In this document: positions 22,887-36,300 of the stretch, piece after piece | Position numbering within the stretch: the first letter of the stretch is position 1 | How the letters are laid out: each line of letters begins with the position of its first letter | Source: Pocillopora damicornis | Taxonomy: Eukaryota | Reading direction: 5' to 3' | Assembly: GCF_003704095.1 (NCBI RefSeq) | Contig: NW_020843442.1 | Location: 186,001 to 250,000 of the forward strand | Length of the DNA: 64,000 bases | The notes under the pieces: model-generated | What the model saw: the letters and a program-made list of their open reading frames with translations, nothing else | Databases searched by the model: none | Told to the model about the DNA's origin: nothing | Made by a program: the position numbers and the translations under genes

Positions 22887-25800
22887 TCATTTGCCAAATC
22901 TTTGTTGACATTTTCCATATTTTATAAGAGATGAAAGGAAAGTGGAATAGTTGATGTTGATGTGACTTCTTAAAGGCCTATAAACAAAGAAAGAAAACCA
23001 TTTATTGAGTAAACTCTGTCTGAAAGGGAGATTAAACCCAAGAGATTCCACTGTACTTAAAGAGCTTGAAATATCAGGAAGTGGGGGTGGGGAGTGGGGG
23101 GTGGGGAGTGGGGGGTGGGGAGTGGGGGTGGGGGGGTGGGGGGTGGGGGCAGGGGAGGAGGGGGTTGCTTTAATTGTAAATCAGTTAACCAGTTTTGAAG
23201 GATGTGTTCTCATCTGCCATACCAAATACAACAATTTAAATTTTGAACCCCAAAGACGTGGCAAGCATTTGAGGTGCCCCCCTTCTGTGAGAGTGCCTTT
23301 TAACAAGCAAGGAGCTAATTACTGCAGCACCTTCCATTAGCTATGCAGTTGCATCCATGCCTCAAAGGGTGCCTGTAAAATGTAACAAACATGGTTACTT
23401 ACTGAAATTCTGTGAGGCGAGTTTGCCATGGAAGGAATCCCATTATCATTTGTACATCACCAAACTTTAATGCAAGTTCTGGGTCTGGTATTCCACATGT
23501 TGCTACAATAAAAACATTCTGCATTAGAAGCTCTGTTTCCATTGAAGGTTATTATTTTGGGCATAACTAGCTCTTAACAAGTACTTAATACTAACTACAT
23601 GTATGAAAACTTCAAGTTCACCGACTGTATTAACTTGATTAAATGCCACCATTAAATAAATGCTGCATTTTAGAACAAAAGTGTTAATGACTGCTGCCCT
23701 TGAATAAACACCACATCATGATGCAGCATTTATTCAAATAATAGACTAAAAAAGCACACAGCAATCAGTGCTTCCATTGCAGTTGGAAATTTTGGGTGAG
23801 CCAGACAAAAATCCTTTTGTATGTACCAGTTCTGATGTCAAGAAAGCATATCCGATGTTAAATCTTTATTCACCTTATGTACTGCAGTAGCATTAACATG
23901 CAAACTGTGAAATTGAGAATGATCTAAAAAATTACTTTTGAGACAAGCACCAAAACATGTTTCTTTTTTTCTTTTTTTTTTATTCAGATAGTCAGTCTCC
24001 ATGTTATTGTTGACAAGATATAAATTGGATTTTAAATAAACACTGCCCTCATATAAATGCCACTCCATTAAATACCACACTCGAATCAAGAAAAATTTAA
24101 TAAACACTGCAGCATTTAAAAAACATTTAAACATTGAACATGGTGTTTAAACATTGAAATCCACTCTACAACACCAACAAAATAGAGATTTTAACCAGAG
24201 ATTTTAAAATTCCTTGAAGCATCCAAATGCAGGATTTCTTTGTAATTCTTGACACTTATTGCATCATTAAAAAAATACATTTTTTTAATGCCATTCAATT
24301 GTCAGTGAATCAAAAAATAAAAAGCTGCTCTGTAATTTCAAACAAGGAAGAAATCCTCATTTGTTAACACTTAACCATAACCCTAACCCTGACTTACAAC
24401 TGAGTCTCTTTAATTGCAGACACAGAGTTGTCACGAAAAGTGAAATTCTGATTTTTTTTACCCTTTAATTCTTAAGATTTGACTGCTAAGTCTCCCTTCT
24501 AACTGCTACATATTTTCTTGTAAAAATTGATATAATAATTTGATGTTATGTCAAGATAAACTTTTAGGTGATGAGTTTGAGTATTCTCCTTAACTGTTTG
24601 CTGGATGACATACAAACACAACTAGGAGAAGTTGCATGTTGATCACTTCTGGGAGTTAAAGGGTTAAAACTCCCACCTACTGTGCAAATGATCAAACAGT
24701 GATTAAGTTTCCTTTCCTTCCACTTACCTTTTAGAATATCATTGAAAACATCTGGCTCCATTTGTTTAGGCATTCTATGCTTCAGTTGGACTCCCTTACA
24801 AAACTCCCTTGCAGCATCAACAATGTCTCCCTTTCCATCCTGCTCAGACAGCAAGCTGATACACACTTGTGTTGGTGCTACAGAAAGAACAGCAACACAA
24901 TAGTCACAAATTCACTAATTCAATAGCTGGAGTAGAGTCAACAATACTGGGCAAAAAAATTGGGCAAAGATAAACATGATGACCATTAAGGAGGCACTGA
25001 TACAATCTCATAGAATGTGATGACTAAGATTATGGAAAGTTTGAAGACAACTTTAAATCAACAGACAGACATTCATGATAACCTTGTCTTGCAAAACCAG
25101 AGAAAAAAAATGTTTGATTAATATTTCCATGACCAATTCTAGTGCAAACGATAATTTCAAGAATGAGAAACTTGGGACAGTGTGTAAAAACAGTATTCTA
25201 AAAATACAAAGTCAACTTCTGCAGTTTTTTATTTAACAAAGACTGTGCTATAGGAAAAAATTAATCACTTGATCCTCAAAATTGAGAGAAAATACCACAG
25301 CAGAGTAAGTAGATTATCCATAAGATGTATCCAGAATAGCAAGGGTTGACAGAATTTTCATGACCTTTGCTTGTCAGTTTCTATACCTGATATCCTGTCA
25401 CATGCTTAACATATGACAAACCTATCTAAGGATCACATAATAAGAAAAAACAAGAAAACTAAAAATAGTATGATAAACTTGTATGGGATTTGGACCAGGA
25501 GATACTGATAGTGCTGAAGTTCAAAGGACATAACTGTTCTTCTCCTCCTCACAATAGTCATGTCTGATGTATGAGATCAGAATCACAGCATGAGAATTAA
25601 ATCACACTCTGATCTTTCTTGTGGGAATAAACCGGAAACACTTCATTAATTGGCTATTGTGCCGGGGAGGAAATAACGTATAAAGTTCAGAGTAATATGA
25701 GAAACATGTCAATCTGGACTAAGACCCCAGGGAAGACTACGATTCTTGATACGCAATAAGAGAAAAAAATAATTTTAATCATCAAACATCCATGTTATTA

Positions 25801-26406
25801 GAACCCAAATAAAAAAAGATAAGCATCACAAAGCCTTACAACCAAACAAATATACATTGCTCTGACTTACCAAGGATCTCACAATCGAATTTAACGTCTT
25901 TTGTTCTCAGAACAAATGTGTATTTGCTGGATTCATCTGTAAAAACTTCTTTTTGCTTCCGAATAATTTCACTTGAGAAGACTGCAACATTCTTCTTTAT
26001 TATGCCTGAAAACGAGCAATATTCTTTTTACAACTGATTCGAAAAATGCATTGAGGTTTGTTACATTTGAGGGTAAAGTAAATTACATCATACTGAGTAC
26101 AGGCAAATTGAAATTGTACGACCTACCCTCTTTATCGTAAACGCTGATGTAAGGAATTCCCATGGCCATTGACCAGACGATAAGTTGAGCCAGGTCTACA
26201 AAACTGACATCGGACTCTAGAACCATGAAACTGATGTGTCTTGGAAGTTTCTTAAGGTTTAGTGAATCGTTCTTAATATTTCCATGTGTACACGTTCTCG
26301 AACTGATCGAGAAATAACTCCTAATTCCGTCAAATAAAATAGCTATGATCCATCTTATGTACAACAGTAGATGTATAAAACTGAGAAAACATTTTAAGAC
26401 CCACAT
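22887..26406 (-). CDS. NUS1: Dehydrodolichyl diphosphate synthase complex subunit NUS1 / Nogo-B receptor, 5 exons, ~251 aa
   Basis: Exons 26406-26127, 26005-25871, 24877-24728, 23502-23403, 22977-22887 (756 nt). Seen: hydrophobic N-terminus, [70 protein letters not shown], and C-terminal CQQRFGK (RxG motif). Confidence 0.94.
23080..23165 (+). repeat. G-rich low-complexity tract with G-quadruplex potential, in the last NUS1 intron
   Basis: More than 10 runs of G4-G7 separated by T, AGT or CA. Confidence 0.8.
24458..24667 (+). mobile_element. ~200-bp MITE-like dispersed repeat, family B
   Basis: Core AGATxTGAxTGxTAAxTCTCCCxTCTAxCTGC...AGTTTGAGTATTCTC...CTGTTTGCT...GGAGAAGTTxxATGTTxATCACTTC..GAG. 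Related copies at ~40400-40560, 44790-45170 (interrupted) and 55025-55410. Confidence 0.65.
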
Positions 26407-27394
26407 CGTGGGCAAAATACTAGGTAAATCAGGGTTAGCACCACTCCATTACTATTTTGTAAAACTTTCCATGGACCACCAGTCAAAAATGACAGCGTGT
26501 GAGCATGCGTGTAAGCCATATGTACCTTCGTTCGACTTCCGGTGATCTTTTAACACCCGTTGCGTGACAAATCTTCTGATAAAAGTGTAGTAAGCAAGTG
26601 TACGTACAAGCGTGCCACAAAATAAAATCGAGATCTCGAGACATGAAGTAATGAATTTTCAGTTTTCCCTTTAAACCAAATAAGAATGTTATAATATAAG
26701 GATTGCATACTAGTAAATATGTCCCTTTTTGTTTCCACGGTAACAGTTACACTAATGAAAATATTTTCTCAAGCGTCCTCGTGGCGGAATATTTAACAAA
26801 AATATTCGGAGTTTACGTCAAAGAAGTGACATGATACTTAACGGGAAACGAAATTGAACGAACGCTTGAGTAGATTTCCTCCGTTTCGTCTCTGTTTTTA
26901 AATTTTTAAATTTTTATTTTTATTTTGGAAATTAAGAATGGTAAGAGTTTGAAACATCCCTGTTGCGTATCGGTTAGTTACCACTTCAAAGCTGTCCATT
27001 TTCAATTTTTCATAATCAAGTTGAGGAGTCCTGAAATGTCTGTTTACACGATTAAACTCAGCAAAATTTTTAAGAGCAAAACCGGAGGCATGACTTTCTT
27101 TATAGTTATCGAGAAAGAATCGGTAAAATTTGTTATTTTCTGATTGTTCCTCCTTCTTCTTATCTTCTTTTTCTTCTCCTTACCCTTCTCTACTTTCTAC
27201 GACAGCTAAGTACACAATTGCGTGGGATTTTCCTCTCTTATGCGGAAAACCCTTAGCTTGATTCAGGCACAGTTGATCATGTGTTCCGATCCAACTGTCT
27301 TATGAGAAGACTTCCGGTAAGCCGTGAGCCGGATGGGAGTCTGGACAAGAATGAGACTGAGTAAAGGTGTCCTAATCTTAATGGCGGAAACAAT
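26407..27394. promoter_or_regulatory. Putative bidirectional promoter region, NUS1 / ABCB7
   Basis: Divergent ATGs are 988 bp apart. ETS-type ACTTCCGG occurs at 26535-26542 and 27310-27317, one near each start. Confidence 0.55.
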
Positions 27395-30300
27395 ATGGCG
27401 CCGGTTTTCAGAACTTGTTGTGGTTTTCTACAAATACAAACGGCCTACAGAGTTTCTAATCCTCGATTATGCCTGCAATCAGGTTTGAATGCAGGATCTA
27501 GATACTCGTACCGATGGTCTGCCTTACAGGTAAGGGAAGTTATGCGTGCCTTGCAAATAGTTACGAAAAGTAACAATATTTGAAATGATTTGCGCCCGGT
27601 TTGAAACATGCTAGATTATTTTAACTCCACGAAGACAGTTTTCTATCCCCTGCGTTGTTGATTGAAATATGGAGTCAACAAAAGACTTAAACATAGCGAT
27701 GAACTGTAGCGAAAAGTTTTTCCCTTACCCTCGACTACCCTTGACCCTTTTCTTGTACTAGTGAGCTTCTTCGTCTTTTGATGTAAAGGTGATAGAGCTA
27801 GGATTCAAGGCTACTGAATAACTCATCATCATCAGTTCCATTAAATAAAAATTTTAAGGCACTCTAAATATATGTTTCAATTGATATCATGGAGATAAGT
27901 TATGACTCGATCAGGTTGTCTGATCATCAGATGTAGAGGAAAAGTAATGCTGTCTGTAACAGTGACTGACATTTAAAAAACCTGAGCGGAAGTGATCCTT
28001 GAGTTACACTGTTATCCCCAGTGTAAATTCCTAATTTCTGTAGAAATCTGCCAATCTGCCTATCATTTTCCTTTTTTTAATACATTCTACACAGTTTTTC
28101 CTCTGACAATTGGGTGATCTGTTTCAATAGAGGATCTTGGACTCCTTTATAGATTATACCCAGGCATTTTGAGCCATGAATTTTAATTTAAAAAATAAAT
28201 AAATAAATAAACTAACAGTTTGCATTTGAATTCAAGGGCTCTTGTGGACACCATTTAAGACCAAAGCCAGCTGCAACAAAAATATTACCTTCGCTGAGCA
28301 GTAGATTTGCTTCTTTTAAGGTAAAGTCATTGTAATGTATTGTTGTACTTGCAAAGTACATTTAAATGCAGCCCTGTGTGCCTTAAGGTCTTAAGGTCAG
28401 CAAACCTATCTTTGTAAGTAAATTGGCCTCCATTAAGAGTTTCTAAAGCTGAGGTTTCAAGCATTAGCCCTTTGTCAGCTGTGGTCAAGGGCTGATATTT
28501 AAAATGTCAGGTTTAGAAAGTTGTGATGGTAGCAGATTTACAATATTATCTCAGTAAGTAAAACCAAATTGTCTTGTAATATCCCCTACCCACTCAGCAC
28601 CAAAGTTTCTTTAGAAACTTACCCCTTTTATCTACTTTTGGAAGCTTGGCATTCCTGCTGCAGGTTTTTCAAGGTTTCAAATACAGCTTGGAGTATTTAT
28701 GAGCTTTGCTTCTCACCTTTGGATAGGATTTTAACCTACTGTAAATTACCCCCAGCATTTTGTCTAGTTTTCCTGTGAGTTTGCTGATACCCACTTGTAC
28801 TCCTAAGTGGATAAAGGTACTTTGCTATGCCTTTCATCCAAAAATTTGCAAGAGTTTATGTCCCAGTTGTTCAAAGTTTGGATAATGCTATCCACTGGTT
28901 ACAACTCTGGTGGATAGCACAGTACTTCTTGTAGATGCTTATCCACTGGATAATAAATTGTTGGTTGGATAACATTATTCTCCCTTTAAAATATGAGTGT
29001 TAGTACAATGACTATAGGGCCACATTCCCATCAGAGAGAAAAGTGGGTGACAAAATTACTCCCAAGTGCTCTGCCAAGGCTCTAACAATGTTTGTGATCA
29101 GTAGTGCATGTTCTGTAATCTTTTTAATACACTGAGCATTACATGATTAACTCATTTAAACTGGCTTCATTTTACAAACAACATTCAAATTGGATCCATT
29201 CTTATTAAGATTTGTATGTTGCATCAACAGCCAGGACTCCTCTTTGTGAGTAAGCGGCAGCAACATGGAGGTGCCAATATCACAGGAAAAAGCCTGAAAA
29301 GTGTGTCATCCACAGATGGTTTGTCAATAATTAAGAGAATGTTAAAACATGTTTGGCCCAAAGACAGACCTGATCTGAAGAGAAGAGTGGTTGCTGCTGT
29401 AGTTCTGCTAATTGGAGCCAAGGTTTGTTCACCTACAAACATGAGTGAATTCTTGCCATGAGATTTTACTAATATTATACTTTAAGGCTTAGTTTTAAAG
29501 GCAATCTAATACACAAACTTCAGTCTTTTGACTGCCAAGATTAGTAGCATCTGATTTCTCAAACTGATTTTACTAAAGAAGCTATTGATTGTTAAACAAA
29601 TTCTCCTCGTCAGTACCTAAGGAAATGCTTAAAAGGACAGTGTAGAGAAAATGCATGCGGATGTTGGGAATAAAGGATTAAGGCATGTAAAATCAGCTAT
29701 TACACCCAGGGAAAAAAAGCTTAAGTGTGATAGTTGGCATAACACTTGCCTTGAGGGCTTTGTTAGTTTTGGGGGAAAAATGAAAAGAAAGATACCTTAA
29801 TTACAAAAGGGCTTGAAGTAAGGTTAGCTCCAGAAGGAACACTTTACGAAACTCCTCATATATGTCCAGCTTTTTCAATCCTAACCCTTTTTCAAGAACC
29901 AGCCTTCTCTCCCCCAATATGGCCCTTTATCACTTATTTATCTGTAGATACTTATGCAGTGACTAACTATGTGATAGTTCATCATAGTTAGTTATATAAT
30001 AAGCTAAATTATACACGCATTTTTAATAATTCTTACTTGCAATCTATTGGAGAACAGGTGCATAGCCAAATCACCATTAACAGCATTTTGTTTTTTATCA
30101 TATAAAACAAACATATTCCATGTTGCCATGGATTTGTACAGTAATGAATCACAAAAAAGTGGAACTCTGGTAAGAACATCCCTCAGCTGCGACTTATTTG
30201 TCACCTTTTTTGGTTCTTACCATATTTCAACATCATCTGCAATCCATTACTGAACAGATGTACAGCAACAGGGAAAGTAATTGTTTGTTTGTATACAAGC

Positions 30301-33300
30301 AACACATAAGGCAGTTAATATTAAATAACAATGTTGCTTGTCAGATGGCCACTGTCAAGTGTAATGACTCAGATTTACATTATTTCAACTTATCAAATGT
30401 CACTGTTAGGACACTTGTGATTTACCACCAAATCTTTTTCCTTCAGCTGACAAATGTCCAAGTACCATTCTTGTTTAAGTACGCTGTAGATTACTTGAAC
30501 AACATGGACTCAGCATCCTTGGTTCAAACAGCAGGTGGAACTGTCTTCACAGCATTGACAGCACTACTATTGGGATGTGAGTAGTGTTCCTTTGGTTGAA
30601 TTGTGGAAACTAGCTTTTAGGGGAATCATTTGTATAAATTTTTGTCATGAAGGCTGTAGTGTGAATGTCAAACATACAAAGTATCTCCACATGCCTGATC
30701 ACTTCACCTCAATCACATTGAATTCCTAATCTCTTTTGTTATTCTCCCTGTCAACAGTTACACCTTCCCTTGCAAATTACGAAGGAGACTTTGTTGTTTC
30801 ATATAAGGATAACACCACCTTAACAGATAAGGTGGATAAGATTGTCCATTCATCTGATCAACCTGTCAACTTTCCTGTTATTTCCTTCATGTTCAGATGG
30901 AGCAGCCCGCACAAGTACATCTCTTTTTAATGAATTAAGGAATGCTGTCTTTGCAAAGGTTGCCCAAGGATCCATCCGTGTTGTTGCAAAGAGGACATTT
31001 CTTCATCTCCATAACCTGGACTTAACCTTTCATCTAACAAGAAAGACAGGTGCTTTGTCCAGAGCCATTGACAGAGGAACAAGGTATGGTTTTATTGTTT
31101 TATAAAATCCCATGATCTACTTCCTCAAACTAAATAACAATCCAAGTTAATCATAAATTTTTTTTCATGGAATTTTTTTCAGAGGTATCAATTTCATTTT
31201 AAGTGCTTTGGTGTTTAACATCTTCCCAACAATATTTGAGGTGTCACTTGTGGCTGGAATCTTGGTGAGTTGGTGAAAATAAGTTTTTGTTTCATTTTAG
31301 TAGCTTGTTTGTCATGCAATGAGGTTTTGTTCAATAACAAATCTTTTGCTTTGCAGACATACCGATGCGGTAAAGAATTTGGACTAGTGACACTGGCTTG
31401 TCTAGCAACATATGTAGCATTCACACTGTCTGTCACACAATGGAGGTACATAGTTCTCTCTTTTACAGAACAGTAAATGTATTTATTACATCCATTTTGA
31501 AATTTCTGGTTGGCCAAGCCTGATAATGCCTCTCAACATAATGATTAATTTCTTTACTAGAAAATTTATTTGCTTTAAATTGTATCTTTTTGTCACTCAC
31601 TGAGATTGTATTACTGAAACAATGCAACCAACCTGATTGGCTTTCAGCAAAAGAATTTATTCAAAGAAGATATATATAGTCACATCTCTTTCCTCCAAGA
31701 AACCATCTACCAGAATCTGGTGTGTTTTGGTGGGTACCAATATTTGATTGGTCTGAGACCATTAAAATATTGGTACCCACCAAAGTCTTGTAAATTGTGC
31801 TCTAAATTGATGTAATTTAGTGAAATCATACTATCTCTTGCAATTTTGAACTAATCTCCTGCTGCAGCTTGTTTAATTTTGCGTTTTGTTGCTTCCATAA
31901 ATTATTTTAGAACCAAGTTTCGAGTGCAAATGAATAAAGCAGATAACCAAGCTGGCTCTCAAGCCATTGACTCACTTATCAACTATGAGACAGTTAAGGT
32001 ATGTATGGCCTATTATATGGAATGCTTAGCTGGCAGAAGGGAATCCTGTCACAATTATGCAATAGTATTTCAACCCTTTGATCTCTTAGAATGACGAGCA
32101 TCCAATTTCTCCTTACAATATCACCCCTTAAGGTCACGAGGAAAGGAAGTGATCACCGACTAAAGAAGCTCTTGATAGTTAAACAAATTCTCCTTGTCAG
32201 CGCCTTACAAAATGTGTGGAGAACAGTATGGAGAATACTCATGCTGATGATAGGGTGTAAAGGGTTAAAATGCTCAAGGAGAGTGAATAATCAAAAGCAG
32301 TCATTAAGAAGGATATTAGAAGTCATAAGCCTCTATAAATCTCAAAATTATTTTAGTGATGGTTTTGTTTTATCTATGACAGAACATCTTCAAATTTCCT
32401 TTAAAACAGTGTTGTGTTTCAAAATGTCTTCAAAGAAGCCAGTCAGGAACCCCTTGTTTGACCTCCTGTGCGTCTTCGTTTATTTTTTTCTCTTTCGTTT
32501 CCTTTCAGTATTTTAACAATGAAAACTATGAAGCCAAGAGGTATGACGAACTCCTTGCAGATTACGAGAAAGCATCCCTCAAAACCACAACAAGTTTAGC
32601 TTTGCTCAGCTGGGGTCAGAATTTTATTTTCAGCGCTTCTTTGAGCGCAATTATGATACTGGCCAGCAGGCAAATTATGCAAGGTACGTTTGAATTAAAT
32701 TTACGTGAAGTTTTGAAGCCTTAATGCCATTTATCGTCATTACTGTTCGTCCAATTTGCCACGCCCACTGTTTTAAACTACCATTCGTAGGTGATATCAA
32801 CACATGTGAGCTGTGGAAATAATTCTATTTCAAATGGGGAGGGTTGGCTCTTGAGCACTCTGAATATAGCCGATCAGAACTTAGGAAAACTGTATCCAGC
32901 CGCTTTAAGTCCACTCTTCCCCCTCTAAACGTAAACAATTTGGACCGCGAGGAAAATACAGGGCTGCGCAAAAGTGTTGCGCCTGCACAGGCCACAGTAT
33001 GAACGTAGGACTACAGGCCCAGTCTCAGTCGTTCATCCTGGTTAGCGTAAAACCTGCAGGCGAGTGAGTTGACATTTTCTTTTCTTCTCCGGTCAGGAAC
33101 CATGTCTGTAGGTGATCTAGTGATGGTGAATGGTTTGCTATTTCAGCTCTCTGTACCTCTTAACTTCCTCGGTTCTGTGTATCGTGATATAAGGCAGTCT
33201 CTTGTGGACATGCAAACATTGTTTGATCTTCACAAGGTCTCCTCGGCTATCAAGGTAAAGAAAGTTAAAACTTGTTTGTTATCCTTTGTCTAGGCTTCAG

Positions 33301-36300
33301 TAACGGTTAAAGACGGGCATGTTTTTAAGGAAAGGCAACGTTTTGGGAACTGGTGGTCGGAGTGTTTTGTTTTTTGGTGTTTACAGGGTTGATTTTGTGC
33401 GCTGCGGGCACAAAGTTGCACGGGAAACCGCTGACGAATAATCAGTCTTTCCGCATTCTTAGGAACAAACTTGAAGTTACCTTTCCCCTCCCCCCCCCCC
33501 CACCCCCCTCAATCAAAACGCTTTCAACATTGCCGGACGTAACAGTATGCCTTCATTTGTCACATATGCCCTTCGCTCGCTCAATTCCTCGTGACAGACG
33601 CAGGTTTTTCATTATCCCAAATCTTGGTCAAAATGAACATATTTCTTATTTCTTTTTTCTGTAGGTCAAACCTGGTGCTTTTCCACTCGTTCTTAGAACT
33701 GGTGATGAAAAATCACATGTTATCTTTGACAATGTGGTATTCGGCTATCTGCCAAACCAGAATATCCTTAACGGACTGACGTTCACAGTGCCAGCTGGAA
33801 AGAAGATTGCTATCGTAGGAGGCAGCGGCTCAGGGTAATCTTATTGAATAAAAAAACTTTTGAATCTAAGGAACCACAAAACACAGAATTAAACCCACTT
33901 TTTACTAGATCTCCCTTCATAGAGATGCTCGTAGGGAAAGTGACGTATGCGGGACGCGCGTTTCTCTGTCCGCGGGAAGATTTGAGACGAGTCGAGGAAA
34001 GGTATGCTGGGAGTCTGGCACTAGACCACTTACAGACATCTCGCCTGATTGCTTTGCACAAAGCCTCGTAGTTTCCCGTGGTCATGAGGGCCAACTCGCA
34101 CGTACAAATAAACCGATTAATTGTAAGGGTAGAAATAAGTAAATGGCACTCAGACAGAAGCTTTTACAGTGTTGTTCCTTCATTTATTTATCTTTTGTAT
34201 TCTTTTTACCAGGAAATCCACCATTGTTCGTTTGCTGTATCGATTCTATGACCCCACAGATGGTCGTATCCTTGTGGCTGGCCATGATATTCGAGATCTT
34301 ACGATTGATTCATTGCGACAAGCTATAGGAGTTGTACCACAAGTATGGCTGCAATTTGTTAGACACGCCCCGGTTCATCTTATTTACTTACAGAAAATTA
34401 GAATTACTAGCTTTAAGTCGTATAACTGTCACCTGCACAATAAATTTTTTTCAAGGTTAAATGTCGGGTTTAAATCACATTTTTCTGAATTTTTCTTTAA
34501 TATAAAATGTAGTTTGACCTCGCACAATTGCTCGAATCCCGACCATTAAGTTTATTGTCGTTGTCACCTATCAAAAGTTGAATAGCACTTCTCATCATTT
34601 TGGCAAATGGGATTGTTCATGGATTACTAGTCCTTAACCGGCCTTCATTTCCTTCAGCGCCTTCAGTTTCTGCCATCTGATTCGTAATTCACTTATCTGG
34701 CTGCTATATATTTGTTTTTTCTGAATCAGTAAGGAAAATTTGGTGTTAGATTAAGGTTCATCCCGTCATCCCATCATCTTTGCTGGTGAACGGAGGACCG
34801 GGTATGTACCTTGTTGACGATGACCGATCCCCCCCTTGAACCCCCCGCTCTCCCCTCCAGGCGATCAATAATTATTGGGTCCTAGTCTTATGACATTGTA
34901 AAGAGAAGTTACATGTTTATGTTTTCTGGTTGTTAAAGATTGACATTTAACAAGGGGGTAAGTTTCTAAAGAAATAGTGGTGCTGCGTCGGAGAGAGAGT
35001 ATAACAAAGTAATTTGGTATTGTCAACTGAATTGATAACATAAATTGGCACCGTAAAGAGTTTCAAAGTTAACGTTTCGAGCGTTAGCCCTTCGTCATTC
35101 GTCAGCTTTGAAATTCTTTCCGGTGGCCGATTTACGTTATCAACTCAGTTGATAATACTAAATTACAAAGACTGACATTGACTTCTTCCTCATCAGGACA
35201 CAGTTCTGTTTCACAATGACGTCTTCTACAACATAAACTACGGGCGCATTGAAGCTACACAAGATGAAGTTTATGAGGCAGCTAAGATGGCGGAGATTCA
35301 CGATGCAGTACAACGCATGCCTAAGGGATATCAAACTCAGGTCGGAGAGCGTGGTTTAAAACTTTCCGGCGGTGAAAAACAAAGAATAGCTATTGCAAGG
35401 GCTATATTGAAAAACCCACCCATACTAATGTACGATGAGGCCACTTCCTCGCTGGATTCTATCACGGAAATGGTAAGTTTCATCAGAAGTTTACCTTCCA
35501 TAGCGCCAGGGAGTAGTAGATAAGCACTCTTCACCCTTACACCCTAACATCAGTAAGCATTAATTCTTATCAGTAAGCGTATTCTCCCTACTTTTCTCCA
35601 TATATTTCCCATGGTATTCATGCGGAGAATTCTTCTTTTGTGGGTGATCTTTTTTTTTTTCATAACCTGTTCCAGACGTAAGACGAAGCGCGATAGTTAA
35701 CTGCGCTTCTAGTTGCGGAGGACTGGAAAAAATGAGAAAGGTTTGGGTCGGGTCGGGTAAAGAACGCCTGTAACTTTTCGTGACCTCAATGTTTGATTCA
35801 GCACCGATGGTGTCAGGAAAAATTAGATGCATGTCACTGTCAAGGGTTATAAGGATCATGAAGAGGCCGGATGATGCATCCCGAACTCTGATTATCTTTT
35901 ATGATTGAGATGTGTCTTAGAGAGGATTCGCCATTCTCATCCCAGATGGGATTTTATCGGCCCATTGCATAATTATCAACCTTAAAAATTTTTCAAGCTG
36001 GCAGTAGTTTCACTTTTACTGTCGTGGGACTGAGGTAATGGAAACATGGTAATTACTGAACACAGAGTTAACTGCCCCGGCCTTTTAGTTTTTATTTGCA
36101 TCAAGCCCAGCATTAGCACTAAGTAGATTCTGGAAAACTTGTCTCCGAGTAAAGAGAGGCAGACTGTTCAGAGTAAAAAGCGTAGAGTGCATTTAGCTAG
36201 CAAGCACTAACACTTTGTCACCAATTCATACTTCAGAATATTCTGGACAGTCTTAAACGTGTTACAAAAGACCGTACCTCTATCTTCATTGCTCATCGAC

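Noticed and set aside
23005-23340. Gly/Trp-rich 111-aa ORF
   Set aside because: Translation of the intronic G-tract.
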